A stretch of DNA of 48,647 bases, counting the filler, from Bipalium vagum (taxonomy: Eukaryota): assembly GCA_037834085.1 (NCBI GenBank). It is 2 parts of 2 records of this genome, joined end to end, with 100 filler letters (N's around TTAATTAATTAA, not from the genome) between each part and the next. Parts side by side here need not be neighbours in the genome. Positions count along the whole stretch, not along the records: positions 1 to 28,194 come from JBBMKC010064353.1; 1 more part is not named here. The stretch is one strand, 5' to 3'. The position numbers and the translations under genes are program-made. Positions 12,887 to 25,449 of this stretch are shown in pieces (within the stretch, counting starts at the first letter, position 1; every line of letters begins with the position of its first letter). Under the pieces are notes generated by a model. It had not been told where the DNA came from, did no database searches, and saw only the letters and a program-made list of their open reading frames with translations.

Positions 12887-15800
12887 ATAATAATAATAAT
12901 AATAAATAATAATAAATTCCATTGGTTGTTCCTGATGTTATTAAATTTATAACTATATATAAATAAAACTACACTTGGACAAAATAAATATATTATTTTA
13001 CAGCAATGGAATAAACTAATCAAATTACATTTTGATAGTTTATTTATATTCTGTCAAAAGATACCATGTGTCAGCATTAAATTATTTGTCAGCGACAAAG
13101 GAGGAAGGATAGAGGAGTACACTAAATAAATGGTGAACGACGTCTGCAGTGTCAAGTTACTTGTTGTACAGTCACTGGGATTGTCAGCACTAATCGAAAA
13201 AAAAAATTTAGTAAAATAATAAAAAAAATTTCACTTCTGATTTAGTTTTATGATATTTTGTTATGATATGTTTAGAACAAAAATTTGAGGCATATTAAAT
13301 TTATTTTTGTTTCTATTATCTTTGAAAAGATACCTTTAGTCTCTAGAAACTTTAAACAAATTTTACATTTATTTTTGTAAACTTTAAACAAATTTTACAT
13401 TTATTTTAATTAAATCGTTTTACTTATGGGTTTATATTTCTGTATAACTAAAAGATAATGTTGACCCGTGACTTAGTTTTAAACAAAAGATGAGTGATAA
13501 TGTAAACAACATTAGTTCTGTTAAAATATTTTCCTTAATAAATAAATTATAATTACTATTAATTAAAACAGATTTCTTCCATAAATGTCATTTTTTATTT
13601 TTTGTTAATTAGCCTCCAAATTTGTGGTCTTTATTGCATTGGTACACCATTTTCCGAATCATATTAATTTTTATGTTGATTTACCAAAGTATTTTCCAAC
13701 GTTTTCATTCATTTTATCTTCGATTCTTATTCTGATTCCTTTCTTTGTGATAATCAAAAATCACTTATTCAGTAATAACACGGTAATTTCTTTCTCTGCT
13801 CGTTCTTCAATAAGTTCTTCATTTCAGAATTTAAATTATTAAATCAAATATTTTCTATTCGTAGTCAAATCTCGTCAGCATAGCTTTTGATCCGTTTACA
13901 AAAGATGATCTTTGAATCTGGATGGTCGGAAGTAAACTATGATCCCATTATCCGAGAATTGGTATATATTTATGAGTTATTATATTTGTACATCTTTCTC
14001 CTGATAAGTTCAAGATGTTTTTAACAGTTATAATTATTATGTTTTTTATTATGGTTGTGCATAATATCTTTTATTTTAGAAATGATTATTCAATGAAATT
14101 AATTTAATTTTTAAAAGTACATCTGTGTATGCATTTATATACCTAAATTTATGTTAGATTTCTTTCGCACCATATTCTCATACTAAATTGTTCATCTATC
14201 ATCTATTTTTACACAATAGGAAAATTTCTAAATTAGCTGCACACATCAAATGATACCATATGGTCTTTTTATCAGAAATTTTCTTATACTTATAATGTGG
14301 TACGTGAACATTTAAACCTTGTACTGTGGCTGTACTTTGCCAATTTTCATGAGAATCCTTTCATAGTGGATTAAGATTAATCTTTACTTATCATTAGATA
14401 GCGCCATCTATAATAATCAATATTTTTGTCAATTAAACAAACTAGAATTACAAATTCTTTTCTAAAATAATTAAATAGGGTTTTTTATGGTATGGAGTAA
14501 GAACTTAATTATACAATTGCAAAATTTGAAACTATCTTTAATTATATATAATTATTTAAATCTAAGTATTCTAATATTTATTTATTTTACCGTTTAACAT
14601 ACTTTTTTGTGATTTTGTTTTACGATATATTTATTAATACCAAATACATTTATATAACAATTCTTTTTTGAACTAGAAAAGCACATTAAAGTTTTTTTTC
14701 ATTTCATTTTATTTAAATTTGACCGTTTTGTGCCAAGATATCATTTCGTCACCTATTGCTATTTTTAATGGACGTAAGAAAATTGTTGGAAATTTGTAAT
14801 GTGTACGGAAAACATTTTTTAGCAAGGTCTACTGAAAAATATTTATTAAAAATGACAAATCTGAAATGGCACATTTAACCTTCCAGACAATTCACATACC
14901 AGTCAGTCATCCATTTTCAATGATGACTAACTGATGGCACTATAGTGAAGAGAAGATAGCCGTTAAATATTCAGAAAATTGTCTCAAAGAATGAAAAGCA
15001 CACCAATGATATTCTTCCGAAACCTAGAATCAAATGAGCTTAGCCAAAAATTGTGAACTTATGTTCGAAATCAACAGAAGGCAAAGAAATTCGTTTAAAA
15101 ATTACAGCTCATAATCTTGCCAGAGACAAAACAACAAGAGACTACAAGGAATGCTGCCATCATCGAATCATCACGAAAGAACTCAAATGGTGTTCGTATA
15201 CAAAGTTGAAGCACAGCAGTGATTGGTTCTTAGTTGATCAGCAATACCCAGAATTAAAATTAAATTGCAACCCAAGAAACCTCTGCTAAGTGGAATGGGG
15301 CTGGTCTCATACACCAGGAAATTATTCAGAAACAAACCAAATAGTTGACAAGCATCTATATGAATATTTTCTCAAAATCCAATAATTTAGAACGTTAAAA
15401 TATTATTTTAAAAATCAATATAATTTTTCATATTCTGTCTATTAAATAATTTTTAAAGTAAAAAAAAATATATATATAATATTTTACTTAAAATAATGAA
15501 TTTCATTTTCTAGAAAAATTATTTTGTTATTTATTTAGGTTCATTACTTCTAAACAAATGACAATTAAATTAATTAAAATTTCTTCATTTTCAGGTTTAA
15601 TTTTTTTTGTCTTTTAATTATAATTTTTAAAAATAGTTTTTCCAATATTGGTGGCTTTCGTGTCTCATTTGCACATTTATAAATTTGGCAATATTATTTT
15701 TAACTCTGGCATATTATTGGTGACTTGTGGGACATTTGTTTATTAAAAAATGGATGATTGCCAAAAAAATTTTTTCTCATTCTTTGTGATCAATAGTTCT

Positions 15801-18800
15801 TGATCTTCAATATCCTATTTCATTGTTTAATATACTTTTTCATTTCTTGAATTGTTAAAATTTGGCCTGATAATCTAACAAATCACGATTTTTATCTTTT
15901 CCAATGCACAGTCTGAATACAATTGATAATTGATATTCTAATACAGTGAAACCTGTTTACGTTGAACATCATGGGACCAATTTTCCGCTATTGTTCAAAA
16001 AGTGTACAACATACAAAGGAAAAATTACATAACAAAGAAGATGACGACATAAGCCATTAATACATGTCGTTTTGAAATATTTCATAATGCGTTCATTTCT
16101 AAAGATTTCCAACATAAAAGGCGTTCAAGTTGAACTGGTTTGACTGTAGTTCTATGTTAAGTCAGAGTATTATATAATTTATGTCCACATAATCACGATA
16201 ATCCTAACAGACATTTGAAAATTGGACAAGAGTATTCAATTAAAACAAAAATTCCATTACCAGTGGAGTTAATATTTTTATGCAGAATCAGAGATTTATT
16301 TATGATATTATTAATGATATTTTAATAGATACACTTACCATGGTCTAGTCTCAATCTGAACTTGAACCAACCTCTACAAATATATTAGACAACTGATTCA
16401 AATATGAATAGTTCCAATAGTTATCTATTAATTTATATTTTGATATATTATCGATTTTATTATTACTATTATTATTTTTTTATTTTATTATTAATAATAT
16501 TTTGTAATTGCTCAATATTCGATTTGTTTTACTAAATTAAAGTTTTAATTTAATAAAAGAAATCAAATTAATGTATAATTTTGTATAATACTTTTTATTA
16601 AACATTAGAGATTATTTATGAAGTAATCGTTTTAATCCACATATCTTCAACTCAGCTATCGTTGTAATATTCTGTCTTTCATCTTTTCTGATTTCCTTAT
16701 GATTTTATCTTTGCAATTTCACAATTTTCGTCAGTTCTTTCTATAGTTTATTCATTCATTCTCACTCTCTCTCTCTGTCCACATTGTACTGGTGATATTA
16801 ATGTTATGACTTCGCTATCAATCCCACTCTAAAATTAATTTTCCCAATTTCCATTGACTGATCTGTACAGTGTTCTGTGTATAATGTAGTGAATTAGCAA
16901 AATAACTAAACCGGAGAACAATCATTATCTCATGATCATCGTTATATTAATGAAGGAAAATAATTGGGAAATTCTCTCTGGCTAGTTTGCTACCCAGTAA
17001 TTTTTTTCATTTTATATCATTCCTTCAGATGCGTCTGTGGGTTTCATTCGAGAGCAGAATGAAGTGAAAAGAATTTAACCCGTTAAGCCTCAACCTATTC
17101 ATTTATTTAGAATGTTATTTCAAACAATTTTTATTTTGAAGGTGATTTACCAGAAAATTAAGGGTAATTTTTAGTTTTTTGACAAATATTATCTTACGTG
17201 TAAGGGTCTTTTGAACCTCGTGAGTTTTGTATTATTTTAATTTATTATCTGTGCAGTTTTAAATGAATTTAGATAAACAAATAACTTTTCTTATTCGAAA
17301 AAGGAAAGTTTTGAAGTTTGACGAAGGGGTTCTGTTGTTAATGTGTAGTACCATTTTAAATATCGATTTGTGAAATGTAAAGAATTATTAGTAAAATTTT
17401 CTTTATTCTTTTAATATTTTTGTTCGATTCTAAATTAATAGTAACTGCCAAAGTAAAATAAAATGACATGATATTTTTCAGTGATGATTCTAAATTACTT
17501 TTATTTTACCTTTGGAGAATATTTTCTTGAGTGAAATTCTCTTTTTATATGTAGATAACCATAAACAAATCATCCCACTTTTAATCAATTATGATCTCAC
17601 AATTCGAATCTTAATATTTTAGGAGAGAAAATATAATATAAAATATCTTTCGTTTACAAAACGATTTTGTCTTTCGTCACGATTTCTTTTTCAAACAATG
17701 GTCACTTTATTTTAAGGTTTTATTTATTTTTTAAAAGGTTTTGAGAAAATTATACTTTATATATAAATTCATATTTCATGTTTTTTGCTTTTCCATAATA
17801 TTTGTTTATTCAAATTAGAATTTCATTTTCATTATATTATATTATCAAGAAAAAATTTCCGATATTAATATAATTAGTAATAATTTATACTTTTTAAAGT
17901 ATATTTTACTTTTTTATTTTATCTTAATTTTATCTGGAATTTTTATATCTTAATATTATTTTACGTGAAATATTTTGTGAAAAGATTCACTTTAAAATTC
18001 TTTTCAGGAATAATAATTTCTTTCGAAATTTCGCGAGATGTCTAAAAATAGCTTAGAGAAATATTGAATGAAATTTTCACGTGTTTCAATGAAATAGTAT
18101 TTCATTTCTTAGTCAGTTTATTTTTTTGTTTTAATCAACAACCTTTCAAAGCACGTGTAAAAATTAATTATTCACGTACTTTTCGAAACAATTTTCCCGA
18201 ATATTTTTCATAGAATTTGTGAAGTACATATAATATTAATATCAATAATAATATTAATATTAATAATAACATAATAATAATTTTGATAATAATATTAATT
18301 TTAATAATAATATTAATTTTAATAATATTAATTTTAATAATAATATTAATTTTAATAATAATATTTATTTTAATAATAATATTTATTTTAATAATAATAT
18401 TTATTTTAATAATAATATTTATTTTAATAATAATTTTAATTTTAATAAATATTTTAGATTCGCTTACTTAAATTAAATTGATATAAATAAATATTTTGGA
18501 TAAAAATATGAACATATTTTTACCTGGAATGTTTTTATTATTTTTTTAAAAATATTTGATGTATTTTTTTTAATATTGAAAAAACGAAAATTATTTGTCT
18601 AATTTGTAATATATTTTTTTGTAGTTTGACCAGAGAATTTCCTGGTGTGACTATTTAAGAGAATGTTGTGAAAAAACCTAATAGAAATATATATAATACT
18701 GAATAAAATATAATTTGATCTGAAAGTACAATGTATATATAATATTTGTGACATTATTGATCAAACCATATGGTATTGAGTAAAAAAATGGTTTAATTAG

Positions 18801-21707
18801 GTCTTATCTTGTGTGGTAAGGCAATTCTCAACAGTTATATTTTTTTCATAGAGAAATAATGATCAACAATTCGTAAAAACGTCGTATGATACAATACGAA
18901 AAAATTGATCATATCAACAAATTTATGATTATTTTAATATATCCACCATTTTTATTATATAAACGAAGTTGAACAGGGAAATAGTACAAATAAATAGTCA
19001 AAAATAGAAATGATTATTGGACTAAAAATGTAGTAATATATTTTAGTTATCAGATTTTATGATGCCCATAACGAGATAATATATTAATATAAATCATTAA
19101 TAAATAAATTCAATTATTTTTTATCATCGTTTTCCTTTGATTTTTATGGGATTTATCTTTTTTCAAATTTTTAAAGATTTTTATGTAGAGCTTTCAACTA
19201 TGAAGACCTAATTAATGTTTTGTTATAATAAAATATGGAGTATAATAAGAAAAAATTTAAAGTATTTTTTTTATTAATTTATTTTTTCAAGTAGAATTAC
19301 TTTATTTATTTATTTCAGTATGATTGAGCAAAAAATAATATTCTATTAAAATGGAATTGAAGAATTATTGATTTTTTAAAAACGTTTTGATTGGTAAATG
19401 TAGAAAAGAATTTAGAAAAACTTTTAAATTTGATTTTCCAATACATTTTGATTTTAAAAACTTTTTAAATTGAATTTATCAATAATATTTGTTATTACAT
19501 TTTTGAGGTCAGTGGAAAAAATATTTAATAAAAAGTGCAAGGTGTGTTTTGCAAGCAGTATAAATGTGTTTTTGTTTTATTGAGTATAACTAAAACATGC
19601 GTTTATTTTTTGTTTCCTTGCCGATTTTTATTTTTCTGTATATTCTATTTCTATAAATAATTAAGAAACATCTGAAAATTATTAAGCTCCACTTTTATCT
19701 ACAAAACTTCTCAATAGATAATCGGTTAAATCCTTTTCAATCTATTGATAAACTTTGGAAAGATTTGGAGCAGGGATCCAATTGATTATTGATTATGATA
19801 GTACTAATATCAATTAAAATAAAATATAAACTAATAAAAACTTGGTCAAGATTTACAAGTGATAAAAATAAAGTTATATTTTAGTCATTAACGAAAATTA
19901 GTTCAATTATTTCTCATTATCATCTAATAATAACTGAACTAATGGTCTTAATTCAATCATAAAATCTTGGAATTGTACGTCGTCATCTTTAATGAGAATC
20001 TATTTAAGATAGTTATTCTAATGCATTCTGTGTGAGAAAGTAACTAGTCGCTGTCTAACGATTCTCAAATATTGTGTTCAAGACTACCTTAGATGACCTT
20101 TGTTGACGTAAAGGATGTTTTCAACATCTCAGTTTACCATGCAATCAGAAACCTTCTTTCCATATTATGTATTACAAAATCCTCAGTGATTTATAATGAT
20201 CAGGATTCCGCTTGTGTGTTGTGAATTATTAGACAGTATTTATATATAATATTGGAAATATTTTATTTTTTTTATTGAGGTCGTAAGTTCTTAATAAACT
20301 TGGTAAAGAATTTTGTCAACAAAATTGAAACTAATTGTTTTTTAATAATATTTTCCGTTGTAATATTTTTTTAATCGATTTTATTTTCCGAAACTTTATT
20401 TTCATTATTTATTAATACATATCTTTATTTATTAATATTTTTACTTTTACAATAAATGTACAACAACAAGTATTGAGAGTGGAAAGCAACTAGAAATTAT
20501 AAGTACGTATAATCTTCATCTTTCGAAGATATTAAGATTTGAAAACATTCTCTCTAAAAATATAGAAAAGAATTTTTAATAACAATTTTATTTTAAGTAA
20601 TTTTTATTAAATTAATGTAAAATAATATTTAATATATAATTTAATATTAACTATATGATATAATATTAAATATTTATTTATTAATATATTTACTAATATA
20701 TAACATTATTTATTAATATTAGTATTATTAATAATATATTAAAAAATTAATTTCATCTCATTCTTTAATTCACCATTTTATTAAAATTCCATATAATAAA
20801 ACGTTATTGACTTTTTTGTTAATAAACTAAATAATAATAATAATAATAAATCGATTTTTCACAAGTTTTATGAAGTGAATTCTGCTTAGTTTGGGCATTT
20901 TAAAAATTGTGCAATTATCAAATTCATAGATGGAGGAATTATATGAAAAAATATTCAGAGTTTTATTGATTTAAAATTACCATTTTAAAGTTTCTTTTTA
21001 TGAAATTTCTTTCGGATTTAATAATTGGTATTAACTCAGTTTAGGTATTGTTGCATAGGATATGCTGTAAGTATATTTTACTACTGATTAAATATGTACA
21101 AACAATGGACCAGTTAAGGTTAAGTTAATCTAAAATTAATTTGAAAGGGTTGAATTATAATAATTTAATATATGACTAAAATGTTTTTATTTTTATTAGT
21201 TCTATCACGAAAATGGTTGGGGAAAATCGATTTTATATTGTTAGAATCCATATTTGTAACCGAAAACCCTTCTCGTTTCACCCAAGTACTGAAAATGATA
21301 AGTCCACGACCTGCCGGTATCGATCTCTTGCTGAATACTTATGTTATCATTTCTCTATAATTTATTCACACGTTTGACGAATGAGATATTTAATTGTCGG
21401 AATTCGATGGTTTCGTGATAGCGGTGACAATTTGACAAAGTGGTCAATTTAACTCTATATTTCTTGGTAAAAGAATAATAGCACGTATTTCATAAATAAA
21501 AATATACGTAAACCGTACATGTCGCGAGAACAATGTTGTCATAATTTTAATTTTTGTCAGGAAGGCTTAGTGGAATTCGAGCTCGGTCAGACAAGTGGCA
21601 ATGTTGAGTTGGAAAGCGTTTTCAGTAATCTGACGAGGATTGCACGCGTTGCAGCTTTTGCGTTAGCGGGAGTAGCATTTTGTAAATACGTTGCCGACCA
21701 TATTTAA
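692..21707 (+). CDS. Bcl-2 family apoptosis regulator (multi-BH domain, C-terminal membrane anchor), 2 coding exons join(692..1555,21561..21707), ~336 aa
   Basis: Exon 1 encodes BH1 'IFSDKINWGRIVAMIGF' and the BH2 start 'WISQHDGW', followed by the donor GG|gtaagt at 1556. The acceptor tttttgtcag| at 21560 gives in-frame 'EGLVEF...', completing BH2, then a hydrophobic tail 'IARVAAFALAGVAFC' and TAA. The start could be 692 or 983. Exact orthologue (BCL2/BCL-XL/MCL1) cannot be assigned by eye. Confidence 0.9.
2100..2420 (-). mobile_element. mariner transposase remnant
   Basis: Reverse strand gives TKLTELDHETLSHPP../..DLAP../YYF..YLKCLL, resembling mariner 'KLxELGWEVLPHPPYSPDLAPSDYxLF'. Confidence 0.6.
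2605..2920. repeat. tandem duplication, ~160 bp unit x2
   Basis: 'ttttggttt.atattagaaattaaa..ttttttcatagt.ggagtttaaattaattcatttgtaaaaa' occurs at ~2690-2759 and ~2850-2919. Confidence 0.8.
3150..3650 (+). mobile_element. mariner transposase 5' remnant
   Basis: Fragments ALKKETIYK (HTH-like) and VAEDET*TY (like VTGDETWxY), with frameshifts. Confidence 0.5.
6896..7023. other. assembly gap (128 N) inside the Bcl-2 intron
   Basis: N run following an (AT)n tract. Confidence 0.99.
8690..9190 (+). mobile_element. mariner transposase remnant (catalytic region)
   Basis: IILHNDNTTSHT (like LHHDNAPAHT) and THTSYSPK../CDYL (like HPPYSPDLAPCDY). Confidence 0.7.
9215..9285 (-). pseudogene. tRNA-Ala-derived pseudogene or SINE head
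   Basis: Reverse strand GTAGCTCAGCGGTCAGAGCA (A box, intact D stem) ... CCGGGTTCGAATCCTGG (B box, T stem). The anticodon region 'tgcgcatgt' is Ala-like, but the anticodon stem is broken and the 5' acceptor strand is lost. Confidence 0.75.
12855..12915. repeat. (AAT)n microsatellite
   Basis: Interrupted aataataat run. Confidence 0.9.
13347..13408. repeat. ~32 bp tandem duplication
   Basis: aaactttaaacaaattttacatttatttt x2. Confidence 0.85.
14200..14330 (-). mobile_element. Penelope-like RT fragment
   Basis: Reverse strand MVSFDVCS..NFPI resembles PLE RT 'MVSFDVxSLFTNVP'. Confidence 0.45.
15944..16146. mobile_element. pogo/Tigger-like MITE (~203 bp)
   Basis: TA|CAGTGAAACCTGTTTACGTTGAAC ... 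GTTCAAGTTGAACTGGTTTGACTG|TA: imperfect TIRs with TA TSD. Confidence 0.8.
18283..18447. repeat. 18-bp AT-only minisatellite (~9 copies)
   Basis: Unit aataataatatt(a/t)atttt; explains the spurious ORF 18283..18471. Confidence 0.9.
19700..20230 (-). mobile_element. Penelope-like retroelement RT remnant
   Basis: Reverse-strand fragments VNKG..VLN, TIPRFYD and LRPLV occur in PLE order (ADKG...PRFYGLPK...LRPI). Confidence 0.5.
21561..21707 (+). CDS. Bcl-2 family gene, coding exon 2 (end of BH2 plus tail anchor)
   Basis: Polypyrimidine tract plus cag acceptor; translates EGLVEFELGQTSGNVELESVFSNLTRIARVAAFALAGVAFCKYVADHI*; a GC-richer island within AT-rich DNA. Confidence 0.85.
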   Translation, partial: EGLVEFELGQTSGNVELESVFSNLTRIARVAAFALAGVAFCKYVADHI

Positions 21708-24379
21708 TTGTGCTCTTCTCTAACGTTTCGAAATCGTTTTGGTGGTCGCAGATTCAACAATTGTATAAAAACTTATTTAGATATGGTCCTAGGTATGGGT
21801 TGATTATTTTTCATAAAGTTGTTTTTCTTAATTTTGAGTCAATATTAACCAATAAAATTAGTGTTATTTGTGAATTAATTAATATTTTTTAATATTTCTA
21901 CCTTTCTAATAATACAGTGCTGTTGGTGAGATTTTTATTAAACTTTCAGCGAAGACATTTTTCAAAAGAAAACGTATCACTTAATATTAATGATGTATTC
22001 AGATTATGTATGGAAAAAATATTAAATTTTTTATTAATCCATTAATATTTCCCAATGAACCATTTTTATTTTTTTTTATTCAATTTATAGATAATGAATT
22101 TCTTTTTTATATAATTTTTATGCTATTTAAACAAAAATCCGTCATTTAATCCAGTTCCATATGCACGAATTATTTAATCAAACAAAATTCAAAAAATATG
22201 AATAATTTTTTGAACCATTTTTTTTTGGGAATTTCTTTCATATTAATTTTGACTTTTTCCTATTTCAATGATAATTAATTTTTTCTGTACAATGTTCTGA
22301 AATAATTAAAAAATCAACCGCGAGTAAGTTTGAATTTGGTGATAATTGAAAATCTTTTCATTTTTCGAAAACGAAAAGCCTTAAGATTTTCTCCGCTTTA
22401 TCGGCTAACAAAGTTCAGTAATTTATGTGACTGATGATGCAAGTCAAAACATGCAATTGACGTTATCACATGTATCTGTCGAGACCATTAATCATTCAGT
22501 CAAATGATTTTAATTAACGAAATAGACAGAGTAAAATAAAGAGACAAAGAAAGAGAATCGAAAAACAAAGAACGAGTGGGTGAGAGCTATTTTTTGTATT
22601 CATGTCCAATCAACGTTTATGTGATTACATGACAAAAATTAAAATTGTACAACTTGTCAGTTGTTATGGTGTTGGATTGAATTCAGAAATTTTATATTGT
22701 GATATACTTAACGAAAAATAAGAATATCTTTTCATACTTTTCTTTAATAAGTTGAGAACAAGGAATACCTTAATGAAATAATATTACTTTTTTTTAAACA
22801 GAGTGGACATCATTTTAAAAATAAATTTATTATTGTTAGCTGCTAGTTCATCAAACTGAGACAGTTTTACAGTTATATATTCTGCTATCAAAAATAACAC
22901 GCAAATTTGTCATAATAAATTATAACACGCCTTTATTTAAATAAATTTAATTTAATATAACAAAATGTTAAATATTGAGATAAGTTGTAAAATTTTAAAG
23001 TCTAAAATCAGTTTTAAATTCACAGAAATATTGTCTTCAACGTTCTTGATCTGTTTTCAATTTATTTTTTATTCATATTTAATAAAATTTTACTATTTTA
23101 ATGTGATTGCGTTATTGTAAACATGCTTTACTATTTGATTTAAAGGATTTAATTAATTGAAATCTTTAATTTTTCTGTCATCCAATTAAATTTAATTATG
23201 TAATGGATTGTGTTTCTATCAGTATGATATTATAAAGGATAAATAATCAGTTACAAAAAAACAAACGCATAATTTTCAAAAAATAATTTCCAGAATTTTG
23301 TTCAGTCGAACTAATGAAATTAATAAACAATTAGCGGAACTTTCAAAAAGAATTTAATTAGCTTTCCAAATATTTTACAAACATGTGCACAGTTTCAGAT
23401 AATTTTTTTAAAAATTCGTATTTTTTCTTTATTTAATCTAATTTTATGAAGATAAACGTGATAAATGACGTTCTTTTAATTGTCTGACGTTCTCTGTCAG
23501 TCTTCAAAATTACAATGATTGATATATTTCGTAGAAAATGTTTATGATATTTTATAAATAAACTGAATTACCAAAATTATCCAGTTCAGATTTTTCATTT
23601 TAAGTTTTTTATGGAAATATTTTTCGTATTAATTTTGAAAGACCATATCTTTGGACAGCGTGATTGGAAACGAAAGACTATCAAGAAAAAAATTAATCAT
23701 TTTTTATCATTTGTCAATTATTAAATTTGATTAATTCCTTTCCTAACGACAAAGTTATCAGTTTAAACAAAAGATAAATCTAAGGTCTTTAAACGAGTCG
23801 AGTATAGACTGTCAATATTCTTTCATACAAAAATATTCTTCGATTAAGGAAGTATAAAAATTACTTGACCCTAACAAAATATCGTTTTTTGTTCTTATGT
23901 GCAATAAAAGGTAGTTTTTCTTTTAAATTATCAGTGCGTGGTAGTTGATGAAAATCAAAAAATGTCAATTTTTTTTCATTGATCAACAGATAATGTTTAA
24001 AACAATTTTGTTAGAAGGATTAGCTTCCTTTTTCACGTTAGATTTTATAAAAATGGCAATATCTATTTTCGTCCTCACACAAAATATGCCCAACATATTT
24101 GTATATTTTATATTCATTAAGGGATTAAATATCGAAACATTATTTATTCTTAATTAGCATCAATATAAAGGTTTGATTTTGCCTTTGAAGTTTTTTTCTT
24201 TGTTAATATTATTGATTTTACGAAAAATGTAATTTTTCATTTATTAATAAAATTTCGACCAATCAAATAATTCAGTTTTGTTTTTAAATAGAAAGATTTT
24301 AGTAGGTTTTTTTTCTAATATAATGAATATTACTGTTGAGTATTAATTGAGTTTAATTCATTGATATATTTTGATTTCC

Positions 24380-25050
24380 ATATCTAAGACCACGATTTCA
24401 TTTTAGGCATGTTCGAAAGTTACAAAAATGTTGTTATGGGTTAAACTCTCTTCTTTCTGTGAAGAATGTGTTTGAATCGTATAATGTGGATCATTGTGTG
24501 TGGTCGAGACAGTTTTAAAACATTTATTCTATAATATTTCGTCTTTAATCATTTTCATCAAAGTATTTTCTACTAAGACCTAATGAAATCCTAAACTTAT
24601 TTATTTGTAATTAATACAAAGTCTTGTGCATATTTGAAATATCTCATTGACACAGATATGCCACATAATACGACATATAAGAAAATCAAAAATTGTGAAA
24701 GCTTAACGTACGATGGCATTATGTTATTGTTACATTGTCAAGAAAATAATGTGTTTTTTGTTTAATTTTAAACTCAAATAAATCATATCCATATAATTTT
24801 TATCAGTTAAGTGTGATCGGCCTTTGTAATTGAAACACGTTGAGTTTATTCAGTTGCTTCAAATGAATCATAACCATTGGATGAATTTAATTAACATTTT
24901 TCAAATTTATTAAGTTTTGTGTGTATGGATTTTCTAGTTCAATGCTGCCGAGGATGTTTAACATCCTTTGTAATTGTTAGGGATTTTGCTTTAGTTGTAA
25001 GTTTTTTGAACTGTCGTTGCACAATGATCACGATGTAAACAACAATTACG
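24380..25050 (-). mobile_element. degenerate Tc1/mariner-superfamily transposase remnant
   Basis: Weak reverse-strand traces FQ..ADHT and LS..DF..YV (like FQQDGAPxHT, SPDLxPxDFxxWG). Confidence 0.35.
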
Positions 25051-25449
25051 GATCATTGAATTAGTGCGTCTAGATGTTTATGTAAATGTATAAATCAATC
25101 GATTTTCCATTTTTCAATTTTTAAATATAATGGAGGCTTGTCAATTAAAACAAAGACAGGAAATTTTTTGCAAGTTTATGAAATATTATTGTTCGTTTTA
25201 ATAAATATATATGTTAGTTTGACTTCAGTTATGTGAGGTAAAAGTTAAGATTATTAACGTTTTTTTCTCATATGTGAGATTATTATCAGATTTTATGTAT
25301 TTATTGAGCTTATGAAAAGTAGAGCATCAAATAATAATAATAGTTGAGCCAAATGTACAATAAATAGAAATTTATGCTTAATTGATCACAAGCTTAAAAT
25401 TATGAAAGTCGGAATCTTTTTATAGTTAAGCCTAAGTATAATAGGGTTT

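Noticed and set aside
15053-15289. 78-aa ORF as a possible nested gene or extra Bcl-2 exon
   Set aside because: BH2 is already complete across 1555^21561; no recognisable homology and a non-ATG start.
16640-17060. Possible Ty3/Gypsy RT-RNase H remnant on the minus strand
   Set aside because: Traces (FPNY, LYT) are too degenerate to support without a search.
18283-18471. Ile/Leu-rich ORF and regular repeats resembling an array
   Set aside because: An 18-bp AT minisatellite with no spacers; not CRISPR and not a membrane protein.
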